Of a DNA stretch of 32,000 bases, positions 1 through 7,968 are shown piece by piece; the stretch's first letter is position 1; the number at the start of each line of letters is the position of its first letter. Where the stretch lies: NCBI RefSeq assembly GCF_000007225.1, contig NC_003364.1, positions 480,001 through 512,000 on the forward strand. The letters run 5' to 3'. The notes beneath the pieces were generated by a model, which did no database searches, was not told the DNA's origin, and saw only the letters and a program-made list of their open reading frames with translations. The position numbers and the translations under genes were made by a program. The DNA comes from Pyrobaculum aerophilum str. IM2 (GTDB lineage Archaea > Thermoproteota > Thermoprotei > Thermoproteales > Thermoproteaceae).

Positions 1-1053
1 GCCTCTGAGATTTTGGCTAAGCTGGGCGGCTCGGCGATTTGCGAGTATAAATACGACGGAGAGAGGGCCCAGATACACCTCACTCCAGGCGGCGTGAAAA
101 TATTCAGCAGGAGGCTTGAGGACATCACCCACGCCTATCCCGATGTTGTCAAGGCGGTTAAAGAGGCTGTGTCCGCAAAGGAGGCGATTTTAGAGGGGGA
201 GATAGTGGCTGTTGATCCCGATACTGGGGACATGTTGCCTTTTCAAGAGCTTATGCATAGGAAGAGGAAACACGATGTGGCAACAGCCGTGGAGCTGTAC
301 CCCACAGTGTTGTATTTATTTGACGTCTTGTACGTCGACGGCGAGGATTTAACAGAAGAGCCTCTTATATACAGGAGGGTGAGGCTTTCTGAAATTGTCT
401 GCGAGACTGACAAGGTGTCAATAGCCAAGTGGAGAATTTTTGACAACGCCGAGGCTGTTGACGTCTTTTTCCACGAGTCTGTGTCTATGGGCACTGAGGG
501 CTTGATATGTAAATCGCCTTCTTCAATTTACGAAATGGGGGCCAGGGGCTGGAACTGGATTAAATACAAGCGGGATTACCGTAGCGAGATGATAGATACA
601 GTAGACCTCGTTGTAGTAGGCGCCTTCCACGGCAGGGGCAAGAGGGCCGGCCTATACGGCGCCTTTCTCTTGGCGGCATACGATCCTTCCACTGACATGT
701 TTTATACTGTGTGTAAAGTTGGAAGTGGGTTTACAGACGCCGATTTGAAAAAAATGTACGAGATTTTGCAGCCGTTTAAAATCCCCCACAGACACCCCAG
801 AGTTGTGTCTAAAATGGAGGCGGATGTGTGGTTCGTGCCCCAGGTAGTTATTGAGGTTATAGGGGCTGAGATTACTCTGTCGCCTCTCCACACTTGCTGT
901 TTAGGCGCAGTGCGCCCGGGGGTTGGGCTGGCGGTTAGATTCCCCAGATTTACTGGCCGTTATAGATCTGACAAATCCCCAGAGCAAGCAACGACGGTGG
1001 CGGAGATGTTAGAGCTGTACAAGAGGCAGAAAAAAGTGGTTCAGCCCGAGTAG
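1..1053 (+). CDS. lig: ATP-dependent DNA ligase, C-terminal ~350 aa (5' end outside the window)
   Basis: The frame is open from nt 1. Adenylation motif I '[12 protein letters not shown]' (KxDG) is followed by 'EGLICKSP' (motif IV-like) and 'WIKYKRDY' (motif V-like), then an OB-fold-type C-terminal region. Confidence 0.93.
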
Positions 1054-1547
1054 ACTTTTTCAAGAGTCCACCGGAGGACTCTTAGTATTTCCCTCTTCCT
1101 CTCCTCAGTCCTGTAGTTGTATATTTTCAACGCGACTGCCTCGCCCTCGCCGCCTTCTACCTCATATCTCAATACCTCCTCTTGTTTTAAAGCCCCTTGT
1201 CTCGCCTCCCGCATGTCTTCATCTCTGTACTTCTGGAGGAATTTGTCTAGGAAAAACCTCTTGAAAAGCCCGTCTAGCTTCACCGGCTCTTTGAACTTTA
1301 TATACAAGTAGTTGTTGTACACTTCTGCAGTGGCGTATACTTCGCCGCCCCGCCCCCTCACCTCCTCCACGGCCTCAGGCTTGGCCGTCTGTTGCGCCGC
1401 GGCGGCTGTGGTGAAGGACTTCTCTCCAATTGCCTTGTCTAATACTTCTAACATGGCCGTGTAGAGGGAGAGTTCTTGTTGTAATTTCGCGATTTTTTCC
1501 TCCAGTATTTTCCTTAGCTCAAGCAGTTTTTGTACCTCCACGTTCAC
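1041..1547 (-). CDS. hypothetical protein with N-terminal coiled coil
   Basis: 168-aa ORF with a heptad-like N-terminus ([24 protein letters not shown]). It converges on lig with a 13-nt 3' overlap, and an A/T-rich block lies upstream (1548-1581). No recognisable domain. Confidence 0.6.
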
Positions 1548-1581
1548 GCCATTATTTTTATATTAAAAATTTTAGAGAGAT

Positions 1582-2499
1582 GTGATAGTCGCCTCTATTG
1601 GCAATTTAAATTTCGATATCTATCTAAAAGTCTCCGAGTTGCCGGGGCCTGATGAAAACGTTGAAGCTCTTGATTTATATACAGGCGGCGGCGGATCGGC
1701 CGCGAATTTCGCCGTGGCTATTGCTAAAATGGGGCTCAGCGCTAGGTTTATCGGCGCAGTGGGGGAGGACCCGCTGGGGGAGATCTCTCTGAGGGAGTTA
1801 AGGGCTGAGGGAGTGGACGTGTCTTTTGTGAAAAGAGTGAGGGGCGTTAGGTCGGGCGTAGTTGTGGTATTAGTCCACCCAGACGGCGTGAAGAGAATGG
1901 TGTCCTACCGGGGGGCTAACCTAGGCCTCACGCCGGCTGATCTCACAGTGGATAAATTCGCGGGGGTTAAACATATACACTTAGCCACGGGGAGGACTGA
2001 GCTTATATTAAAGGCCAAGGAGATCGCCAGGGAAATAGGCGCGAGTATTTCAGTAGATGGGGGGACGGCTCTTGCCAGAAAGGGCCTTGAAATCGTGAGG
2101 GCGGCCGTGGAGGGCGTCGACGTGGTATTTATGAACCACGTGGAGGCGCAACTTGTGGCAAACGCCGGCGATCACAAATCCGCGGTCGAAAAACTGGCCA
2201 GAGAATTAAAGGTGGGGGAGCTAGTCGTTACCCTAGGTCCTATTGGCGCAGTGGCTTTTAAAAACGGCAGGTTGTTACACGTAGACGCGTTTAAAGTAAA
2301 CGCGGTGGACACCACGGGGGCCGGCGACTGTTTTGCAGCCGCTTACATAACAATGTATCTAAGAGGGAGAGATCTATACGAGCGGCTTTTATTCGCAAAC
2401 GCGGCCGCCGCTATTAAAGTCACAAGGCCCAGCGCTAGGGCCTCGCCGCGTTACGATGAAGTAGTGGCGTTTCTCGAATCTCTTGGCTACAAGATTTAA
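1582..2499 (+). CDS. PfkB-family carbohydrate/nucleoside kinase (ribokinase-like)
   Basis: GTG start. Contains 'GGGGSAANFAVA' (GG motif) and the C-terminal 'DTTGAGDCFAAAY' PfkB signature. A TATA-like 'tttttatattaaaaatttt' lies upstream. Confidence 0.85.
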   Translation: MIVASIGNLNFDIYLKVSELPGPDENVEALDLYTGGGGSAANFAVAIAKMGLSARFIGAVGEDPLGEISLRELRAEGVDVSFVKRVRGVRSGVVVVLVHPDGVKRMVSYRGANLGLTPADLTVDKFAGVKHIHLATGRTELILKAKEIAREIGASISVDGGTALARKGLEIVRAAVEGVDVVFMNHVEAQLVANAGDHKSAVEKLARELKVGELVVTLGPIGAVAFKNGRLLHVDAFKVNAVDTTGAGDCFAAAYITMYLRGRDLYERLLFANAAAAIKVTRPSARASPRYDEVVAFLESLGYKI

Positions 2500-2518
2500 A
2501 TAGTAACGAGTATAATAC

Positions 2519-2860
2519 ATGGTGGCTCAAAAGACGTTGTGTCTAGGTCCCAAATGCGCCTTTGGCCCAAACAGCTCTTCGTTATTTAGATGCGGCAAAA
2601 AGGCGCTTAAACCTACAATTAGAGGCAATAAAATAGTGTTCTGGTGTACGTGGCTAAACGACGAGTGTATTGGCGCCAAGTGTCAATACGCCTACTGCGA
2701 GGCCAGGGCCATGACGCCTGAGGGCTATTGTACATATAAAGCCGCTGGAGAGGAGGAGGCCGGCAAGAGGGATATTTTGGCCGAGGTTAAGAAAATGGAG
2801 AAAGAGGTGGAGAAGATAAGAGCTCACTTAAAAAGGCAGGGGCTGGGCGATTATTTGTGA
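2519..2860 (+). CDS. hypothetical Cys-rich protein with C-terminal coiled coil
   Basis: 113-aa ORF with 10 Cys in the first ~70 aa (e.g. 'WCTWLNDECIGAKCQYAYCE'), then a K/E-rich helix. Its stop overlaps the next gene's GTG (GTGA), which argues for operon membership. Confidence 0.55.
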   Translation: MVAQKTLCLGPKCAFGPNSSSLFRCGKKALKPTIRGNKIVFWCTWLNDECIGAKCQYAYCEARAMTPEGYCTYKAAGEEEAGKRDILAEVKKMEKEVEKIRAHLKRQGLGDYL

Positions 2861-3534
2861 AGGCGGTAATACTCGCCGCTGGACTCGGCACTAGGCTAAG
2901 GCCGTTGACGTTTTTCATTCCGAAGCCCCTAGCTTTTATTAACAGTAAGCCTTTAATTAGCCATGTGATTGAGTGGCTGAGGCTAAACGGAGTGAGGGAA
3001 ATTGCTGTAGTGGGGTTTTATATGCAGGTCTTGCTGGAGCGCTTTCTCTCAGAGCGGCATCCCGATGTCGTCTTTTTTAAATCGAGAAAACTATTGGGCA
3101 CCGCGGGACAGCTATACTACGCAAAAGAGTGGGTTGATGGGGATGTGGCTGTTGTTAACACCGACGTTTTGACAAACTTAGACCTAAAATACCCTTTGGA
3201 GTTGCATAAAAGAGAAAGCGCGTTGTTAACTATAGTGGGGCAACGTTACAAGGCGTCGTTGCGATTCGGCGTGCTCGAGGTGGAGAACGCGGTCTTGAGA
3301 GCTTGGCGGGAAAAACCCAGTTTTGAATACATAACTTCCACGGGGATCTACATAATATCGGCGGAGGCAGTGAAAAAACTAGGCGAGGAGTTTCTCGACA
3401 TGAACACTTTTGCCGCCTCTCTTATGCCCAGAGTCGCCGTGTATATAGCTAGGGAGGCGTATTTCCACGACGTAGGAACTTTAGAGGATCTCCAAAGGGG
3501 TAGTGCCTTAGGGACAAGAGGTTTAAAGCCGTAA
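2857..3534 (+). CDS. sugar-phosphate nucleotidyltransferase (NTP_transferase family)
   Basis: N-terminal 'MKAVILAAGLGTRLRPLT' is the G-x-G-T-R-L signature of glucose-1-P thymidylyl/uridylyltransferase-like enzymes. Confidence 0.8.
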   Translation: MKAVILAAGLGTRLRPLTFFIPKPLAFINSKPLISHVIEWLRLNGVREIAVVGFYMQVLLERFLSERHPDVVFFKSRKLLGTAGQLYYAKEWVDGDVAVVNTDVLTNLDLKYPLELHKRESALLTIVGQRYKASLRFGVLEVENAVLRAWREKPSFEYITSTGIYIISAEAVKKLGEEFLDMNTFAASLMPRVAVYIAREAYFHDVGTLEDLQRGSALGTRGLKP

Positions 3535-3564
3535 TAAATATATATTTTCCATCACAAAAAGGCG

Positions 3565-4296
3565 ATGAGCGTATGTCCAGCTCTTAGACGCGGAGAGGGC
3601 GGATTTGTATGTGGCTATACTAGTAAGCCCATTGATCCCTTTAGTTGGTACTGTATTGGTAATTACACCGAGTGCCCCATATTTATAAGATATACACGCG
3701 AGGAGAAAACTAGAGCCGCCCTCCCTTCTAAGCCTGAAGAAGCGCCAAAACCGTTGGCCGAAGTCCTGCCCCTAGCCCCCGAGAGTGCCGAGGCGGAGTT
3801 CGAAAAGGCTATTAAGCCAGTTATAGACAACATTGTATTGAAATACGACGACTTAGTGAAAAAACTGGACAATATGTGGAAGGAGTATGAGGGCGATGTG
3901 GTGAAAATAAGGCGGCAGTGGGAAGTGGAGAAAATGTCGCTTTTAAGGGCGCAGGAAATATTAAACAGGACTATAGGCGATTACGAGAAGATGTTGAGCG
4001 GGCTGGAGCTAAAAAAAGAGTTCTTGCCCCCGGAGTCTTATGAAAACGCCAAGAGAGATATTGAGGCCAAGCTGGGAGCCCTCCGCAGTCTTTTAGAGGA
4101 AGTTCAGTCGAAGTATGTAGCGCTGGAAGAGGGGCTCGGCGCCCACTTTAAAAGAGTTCTTTCCACCTCCACAAGCGCCGAGGTGATATCGCTTAAACTA
4201 TCGCTATCAAAACTTGACGAGTTGCTTAAAGAGGGTAAAATATCCCGTGAGACGTACGAAAAACTTAAGAAAGAGCTGGAAGAGTTGTTGAAATGA
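3565..4296 (+). CDS. hypothetical protein: N-terminal Cys motif + long coiled coil
   Basis: 243 aa. 'CPALRRGEGGFVCGYTSKPIDPFSWYCIGNYTECPIF' is followed by a Pro-rich linker and ~170 aa of heptad-rich K/E/L sequence. The stop overlaps the next start (ATGA). Confidence 0.6.
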   Translation: MSVCPALRRGEGGFVCGYTSKPIDPFSWYCIGNYTECPIFIRYTREEKTRAALPSKPEEAPKPLAEVLPLAPESAEAEFEKAIKPVIDNIVLKYDDLVKKLDNMWKEYEGDVVKIRRQWEVEKMSLLRAQEILNRTIGDYEKMLSGLELKKEFLPPESYENAKRDIEAKLGALRSLLEEVQSKYVALEEGLGAHFKRVLSTSTSAEVISLKLSLSKLDELLKEGKISRETYEKLKKELEELLK

Positions 4297-4847
4297 GCCT
4301 CGACGTGGCGTATTTAGCGCTGGGGGAGCTGGAAAAAATACTTGGCCAATACGAGGAAAGGCTAAAGGGCATTGAGGACGCTTGGAAGGCGTTTACAGAA
4401 TCCGCCATAAAGGCCAAGTCTAATTGGGACGCAGATATCCCGAGGATTAAAATAAGACTGGAACAGTTGAAAAACGTCGTTGAGAGTTTGAAAAAAGAAC
4501 ACGAAGTGCTCATGGCCAAGAGGGAGCTGGGCTTAATCTCAGATAAAGATTATGAAGGCCTATCCGCCGAGTTGCAGAAAAAAATCGCTGAGTACCAGGA
4601 GAAGCTAGACGCCCTCTCCCAAAAAGTTGCGGAAATTGAAGTCAGAGTGACATACCTATGGGCCAGAGCCTTATCAAAGGAATACTTGGCTAAATTCGAC
4701 CTTGTGGAGTTGGAGAAGAGGATAGAAGATGCAAAAGCCGCGGGGAAGATAGACGATGAGACATACGCAAAAATGAGACATGAAATAGAGATAATGAAAC
4801 ACACTTGGGAGCTACTCAACGTCTTATCCCCTGCCGACAAGGTTTAA
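4293..4847 (+). CDS. hypothetical coiled-coil protein
   Basis: 184 aa, almost entirely heptad-like K/E/L/A sequence, translationally coupled to 3565-4296. Confidence 0.6.
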   Translation: MSLDVAYLALGELEKILGQYEERLKGIEDAWKAFTESAIKAKSNWDADIPRIKIRLEQLKNVVESLKKEHEVLMAKRELGLISDKDYEGLSAELQKKIAEYQEKLDALSQKVAEIEVRVTYLWARALSKEYLAKFDLVELEKRIEDAKAAGKIDDETYAKMRHEIEIMKHTWELLNVLSPADKV

Positions 4848-5217
4848 CATAGGCAACGCCTCCCCTTATCTCAACTAATTCAACGCAACTACCTGCCGTT
4901 GCCTCGCAGCCGTCGCAGACTGCCCTCCAGTACTCTCCGCTGATTTTAACCACACCCATGGGTTTGAGATCCTCTACTACGACTCCCCTTCCCCCTAAGT
5001 ATGTATAGCCCCTGGGAGTCTCTTTAACTACCTTCACGCCTACATACACCGCCAGCGCTAAAAACGGGGCTGATACCACAAGCGCTATCCACAACGGCAC
5101 AACGCCCACGGCGTGTAACACGAGCGCCAAGACGGCTGGCAGTATAAATAAAAAAATATCGTCTAAAATCGCAACGACTATTGCGAGGCGAGACATATAA
5201 TCCCATGTACAACTCAT
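4816..5217 (-). CDS. NfeD-like membrane protein (two TM helices + C-terminal OB-like domain)
   Basis: Hydrophobic N-terminal half, then 'GRGVVVEDLKPMGVVKISGEYWRAV', which resembles the NfeD C-terminal domain. The start could instead be Met8 (nt 5196), which fits a TATA-like 'cataaatta' better. Confidence 0.55.
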   Translation of the reverse strand: MSCTWDYMSRLAIVVAILDDIFLFILPAVLALVLHAVGVVPLWIALVVSAPFLALAVYVGVKVVKETPRGYTYLGGRGVVVEDLKPMGVVKISGEYWRAVCDGCEATAGSCVELVEIRGGVAYVKPCRQGIRR

Positions 5218-5222
5218 AATTT

Positions 5223-6284
5223 ATGTTTAGAGTAGCTGTGCCGGAGGGATATACAGCCCTAGTCAGAGGACCCGCCGCCGTGAGGTGTCAAGAGTTGTGC
5301 AAAGTTTTCGGAGGGGCCTTTTTTTATTTCGTCGTATCTCCCCATAAACAATACCCAGTGGAGGGGCCAGCAATTATGGAGCTAGAAAGCGGGGCAATAA
5401 TATTAATCCGCGGAAGGGCCGTGCCTCCAGACTGGGGCCATGAGCTAGAAGGCATAGCGGCGCTTGTGGGGCCCACCGATTCGGGCAAGAGCAGCTTGTC
5501 CACCTATCTGTTAAACACACACGTGGCGAAGGGCAAGAGGGTATGTGTTATAGATGCCGACGTGGGCCAGTCAGACATAGGCCCGCCGGGCTTTGTGGCG
5601 TATAGTTGCACCTCGGCCCCAACGCCACATATCTCAGAGCTAGAGCCGCATGACGCCTATTATGTCGGAGTCACTAATTTACAAGGCGCCGAGGAGTTGT
5701 TAATAGCAGGAGTGGCGTGGGCGCTCAAAAGGGCAATGTCCCAATACCCCCACCTCATCCTCATAAACACCCCCGGCTGGACCACAGGCCGCGGGCTCCA
5801 GCTCCTAAGGGCTTTAAAAGACGCCACTGGGGCGAAAATAATAAACCTAGGCGAAAAAATTCTGCCCGGCCTCGTGGCGTCAAGGCCCGCACACGTATAC
5901 CCAAGAGGGCCTCAGGAGAGAAGGGAGTTGAGAAATTACGCATACAGAAGGCACATCAAATTGGCGGAGAGGCTACAGGCAGAGCCGGAGAAACTGGCCA
6001 ATTGTAACTGGGACAAAGGCCTGGACTGTCCCTGGGGGAGATACGTCCCAGGCGACGTGCCTGAGCCGCAGAGAAAGGGCAGAGAGCACTTAGTCCCTCC
6101 GCACTATTTGAGGCACTTATTCGCCGCCCTGTATAAAAACGGCAGGCTGGCGGGGTACGGCATAGTGGAGAAATTCGAGCCTAAAATAACGCTGTACGCC
6201 ACCACTGCTGAATTCGACGAAATATGGATAGGAAAAATACGAATTGATCCGCAGACGCTTGAAGAACTAGAACCCTTGCCGTAA
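5223..6284 (+). CDS. Clp1/Grc3-family polynucleotide 5'-hydroxyl kinase
   Basis: P-loop 'GPTDSGKSSLSTYL' followed by 'VIDADVGQSDIGPPG' (the Clp1-type DxDxGQ motif). Confidence 0.78.
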   Translation: MFRVAVPEGYTALVRGPAAVRCQELCKVFGGAFFYFVVSPHKQYPVEGPAIMELESGAIILIRGRAVPPDWGHELEGIAALVGPTDSGKSSLSTYLLNTHVAKGKRVCVIDADVGQSDIGPPGFVAYSCTSAPTPHISELEPHDAYYVGVTNLQGAEELLIAGVAWALKRAMSQYPHLILINTPGWTTGRGLQLLRALKDATGAKIINLGEKILPGLVASRPAHVYPRGPQERRELRNYAYRRHIKLAERLQAEPEKLANCNWDKGLDCPWGRYVPGDVPEPQRKGREHLVPPHYLRHLFAALYKNGRLAGYGIVEKFEPKITLYATTAEFDEIWIGKIRIDPQTLEELEPLP

Positions 6285-6448
6285 ACGAAGCATGAGAGGG
6301 AAATTACGCCTTGGGGGGATGTTAAATTGGAGAAGTCGGGGGGCGGCCAAGGAAGTAGCATTGCGCAAGGCGGCTAATTCTGCCCAACGCGTTGACAAGA
6401 TCTGCCATAAATACGCCAGTAGGGATTAGAAAATAGTGGCGGTAAGAC

Positions 6449-6542
6449 TGGCGGGCCCGGTGGGATTTCTGGGCGGCATTGCCTGAACCCACGACCTACG
6501 GCTCCGCAGGCCGCCGCTCCATCCAGGCTGAGCTACGGGCCC
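6449..6542 (-). tRNA. tRNA-Arg(GCG) with a ~16-nt intron in the T-loop; CCA encoded
   Basis: The reverse complement reads GGGCCCG-TA-GCTC-AGCCTGGATG-GAGC-G-GCGGC-CTGCGGA-GCCGT-AGGTC-GTGGG-TTCA[GGCAATGCCGCCCAGA]AAT-CCCAC-CGGGCCC-G-CCA. All stems pair. An A/T box (6564-6575) lies ~22-33 nt upstream. Confidence 0.85.
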
Positions 6543-6681
6543 CCGTTTTCACATCCTTTGTGTCTAAAAATTTTTCGATCAATCTAAGCGTGCGCCGTAA
6601 TATACTACTTCAGCGTGACATTGGGGGAACCCTCTAGTCTTGCTTAATAGTTAGTGTCTATACGCACTATTAATACTGCCC

Positions 6682-7263
6682 ATGTACGCGCCTAGCTTAA
6701 TTGGAGGATATGTCAAAACTTTTAAAAAATGCCGGGCTGGTGATCATGTGGAGTTTCCTGTTTTGAGCAAGCCTTGGAGAGACTTGGAGAAATATAGGGA
6801 GGCTAGGTTGCGGGAGGCGCGGGTTGAGATAGACCTCGCGCTTGAGTTTCTAGAGGACGGCCTTATTAGAATTGCCGCCGGTAAGGCCTTTCAAGCTTGG
6901 AAGGCTTACCTCGCCTCTCGTCTAGCTGAGAAGAGAGAGGCGTTAAAGGAGCTTTTCCCCGGCTCTAGGAGAATTAGGGCAGGGGAAGAGGAAATAGAAG
7001 TGGAAGATGTAGACGTTGTTATCGCCCTGGTGCCGACTACTCAAATGATTAAATTATCAACTGTAGTTGGCGAGGACGCAGTTGAATTCACATCCTTAGC
7101 GCTTGATCTTCACCGTTATCAATACAACGGCCCCGATCCCGAGGGCTTTTTCTCCGAGGTGCCAGACGACAGGACGGCCGCCCTCCTTATCTGCCGCATG
7201 GCTTTTAGACTGGCAGGCGATACAGATCTCTTCAAGAGGGTATGCGGCGTCTTTAAGCGATAG
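6682..7263 (+). CDS. PaREP1/PaREP8-like (HEPN-clan-like) family protein
   Basis: 193 aa. 'RIAAGKAFQAWKAYLA' and 'LDLHRYQYNG' resemble, from memory, the conserved blocks of the crenarchaeal PaREP1 family. Not verified by search. Confidence 0.55.
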   Translation: MYAPSLIGGYVKTFKKCRAGDHVEFPVLSKPWRDLEKYREARLREARVEIDLALEFLEDGLIRIAAGKAFQAWKAYLASRLAEKREALKELFPGSRRIRAGEEEIEVEDVDVVIALVPTTQMIKLSTVVGEDAVEFTSLALDLHRYQYNGPDPEGFFSEVPDDRTAALLICRMAFRLAGDTDLFKRVCGVFKR

Positions 7264-7415
7264 CGAGGAGGGCAAGTAACCGTAGACTTAAAGTGGTCAT
7301 AAAGCTCTGACTATTCTCTTATTACCTCGGCATACGGCGAAAGATCGCCGAGCTGACAAACGAATACGCCCTTGGACATGCCTTTTGGTGAGACGGGGAG
7401 TGGATAGGGAAGCCC

Positions 7416-7568
7416 ATGTCGGGTTTCGTCACGGAGAAAAAGGTTGTTTGCATAGTGGGGGGCGAGATGGCCTCTTTTTACGTATTCGATATGCCTCACG
7501 GCGTCTACCTAAGGCTTGAAATCAAACTTGTAGTCAAGGCGGCGCACAGGAGCGATGACAGCGGTTAA
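7416..7568 (+). CDS. small ORF (50 aa), first gene of a repeated two-ORF module
   Basis: MSGFVTEKKVVCIVGGEMASFYVFDMPHGVYLRLEIKLVVKAAHRSDDSG. It is below the 60-aa track cutoff. A paralogous copy at 29334-29456 differs mostly at third codon positions in the FYV.D.P.G core. Confidence 0.35.
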   Translation: MSGFVTEKKVVCIVGGEMASFYVFDMPHGVYLRLEIKLVVKAAHRSDDSG

Positions 7569-7734
7569 TGTAACGTATAGAAAAATGACACTGCCAGAGG
7601 TTTTTGAACCACCGCTGAGGTTTGGGGCGTTCTGGGGGTGCCTTACCCAAGGCGCTTTCAAAGGCATTGACGCGGTGGTGACAGAATTCCGCTACGTATT
7701 GCCTTACTCACTAGCTCAGAAAACGGCCCCGTGA
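7555..7734 (+). CDS. small ORF (59 aa), overlaps the previous ORF by 14 nt
   Basis: MTAVNVTYRKMTLPEVFEPPLRFGAFWGCLTQGAFKGIDAVVTEFRYVLPYSLAQKTAP. Its start overlaps the preceding ORF's end (ATGACAGCGGTTAA). The N-terminus has a truncated homolog at 29475-29507 (METVKVTNNI). Confidence 0.3.
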   Translation: MTAVNVTYRKMTLPEVFEPPLRFGAFWGCLTQGAFKGIDAVVTEFRYVLPYSLAQKTAP

Positions 7735-7808
7735 CGCAAAAGAGGCAATTACAATATTAGGCGTATAAATCCATGAAAAATTTAAAAACAGCCATACACA
7801 TGGATCAC

Positions 7809-7945
7809 GCCCCGGGAGAGGGGGAGCCGTGGCCAGCCGGCCACTCCAACCGGTAGTCTAGCCCGGACAAGGATGTGGGCCTTTCGAGCCCATGACCCGG
7901 GTTCAAAGGCGGAGATCCGCCGTATACATCCCGGCCGGGGCACCA
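7809..7945 (+). tRNA. tRNA-Glu(UUC) with two introns (~38 nt after the 5' acceptor strand; 21 nt in the T-loop); CCA encoded
   Basis: GCCCCGG(7809-7815)-[intron ~7816-7853, boundary ambiguous by 2 nt]-TA-GTCT-AGCCCGGACAA-GGAT-G-TGGGC-CTTTCGA-GCCCA-TGAC-CCGGG-TTCAAA[7908-7928]T-CCCGG-CCGGGGC-A-CCA. Acceptor, anticodon and T stems pair perfectly. TTTAAAAA at 7781-7788 lies 21 nt upstream, and a T-run follows. Confidence 0.72.
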
Positions 7946-7968
7946 CCATTTTTCTAATAATTCTTTAG
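7931..7968 (+). repeat. left copy of an exact 38-bp direct repeat (tRNA-Glu positions ~62-76 plus 23 nt of T-rich downstream flank)
   Basis: CCGGCCGGGGCACCACCATTTTTCTAATAATTCTTTAG is identical at 17015-17052. Confidence 0.95.

Noticed and set aside
4265-4840. Minus-strand ORFs 4265-4519 and 4550-4840 opposite the coiled-coil genes.
   Set aside because: They are Ser/Phe-rich antisense shadows of K/E-rich coding sequence.
5717-6361. Alternative-frame ORFs inside or overlapping the Clp1 gene (5717-6007 +, 5761-5943 -, 6104-6361 -).
   Set aside because: They overlap a gene with clear kinase motifs and have basic or low-complexity composition with no start context.
6285-6448. A 160-nt untranslated gap with a CCTTGG...CCAAGG stem (about 6322-6352), considered as an sRNA.
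   Set aside because: It is a single 6-bp stem with a ~19-nt loop and no box motifs, which is insufficient evidence.
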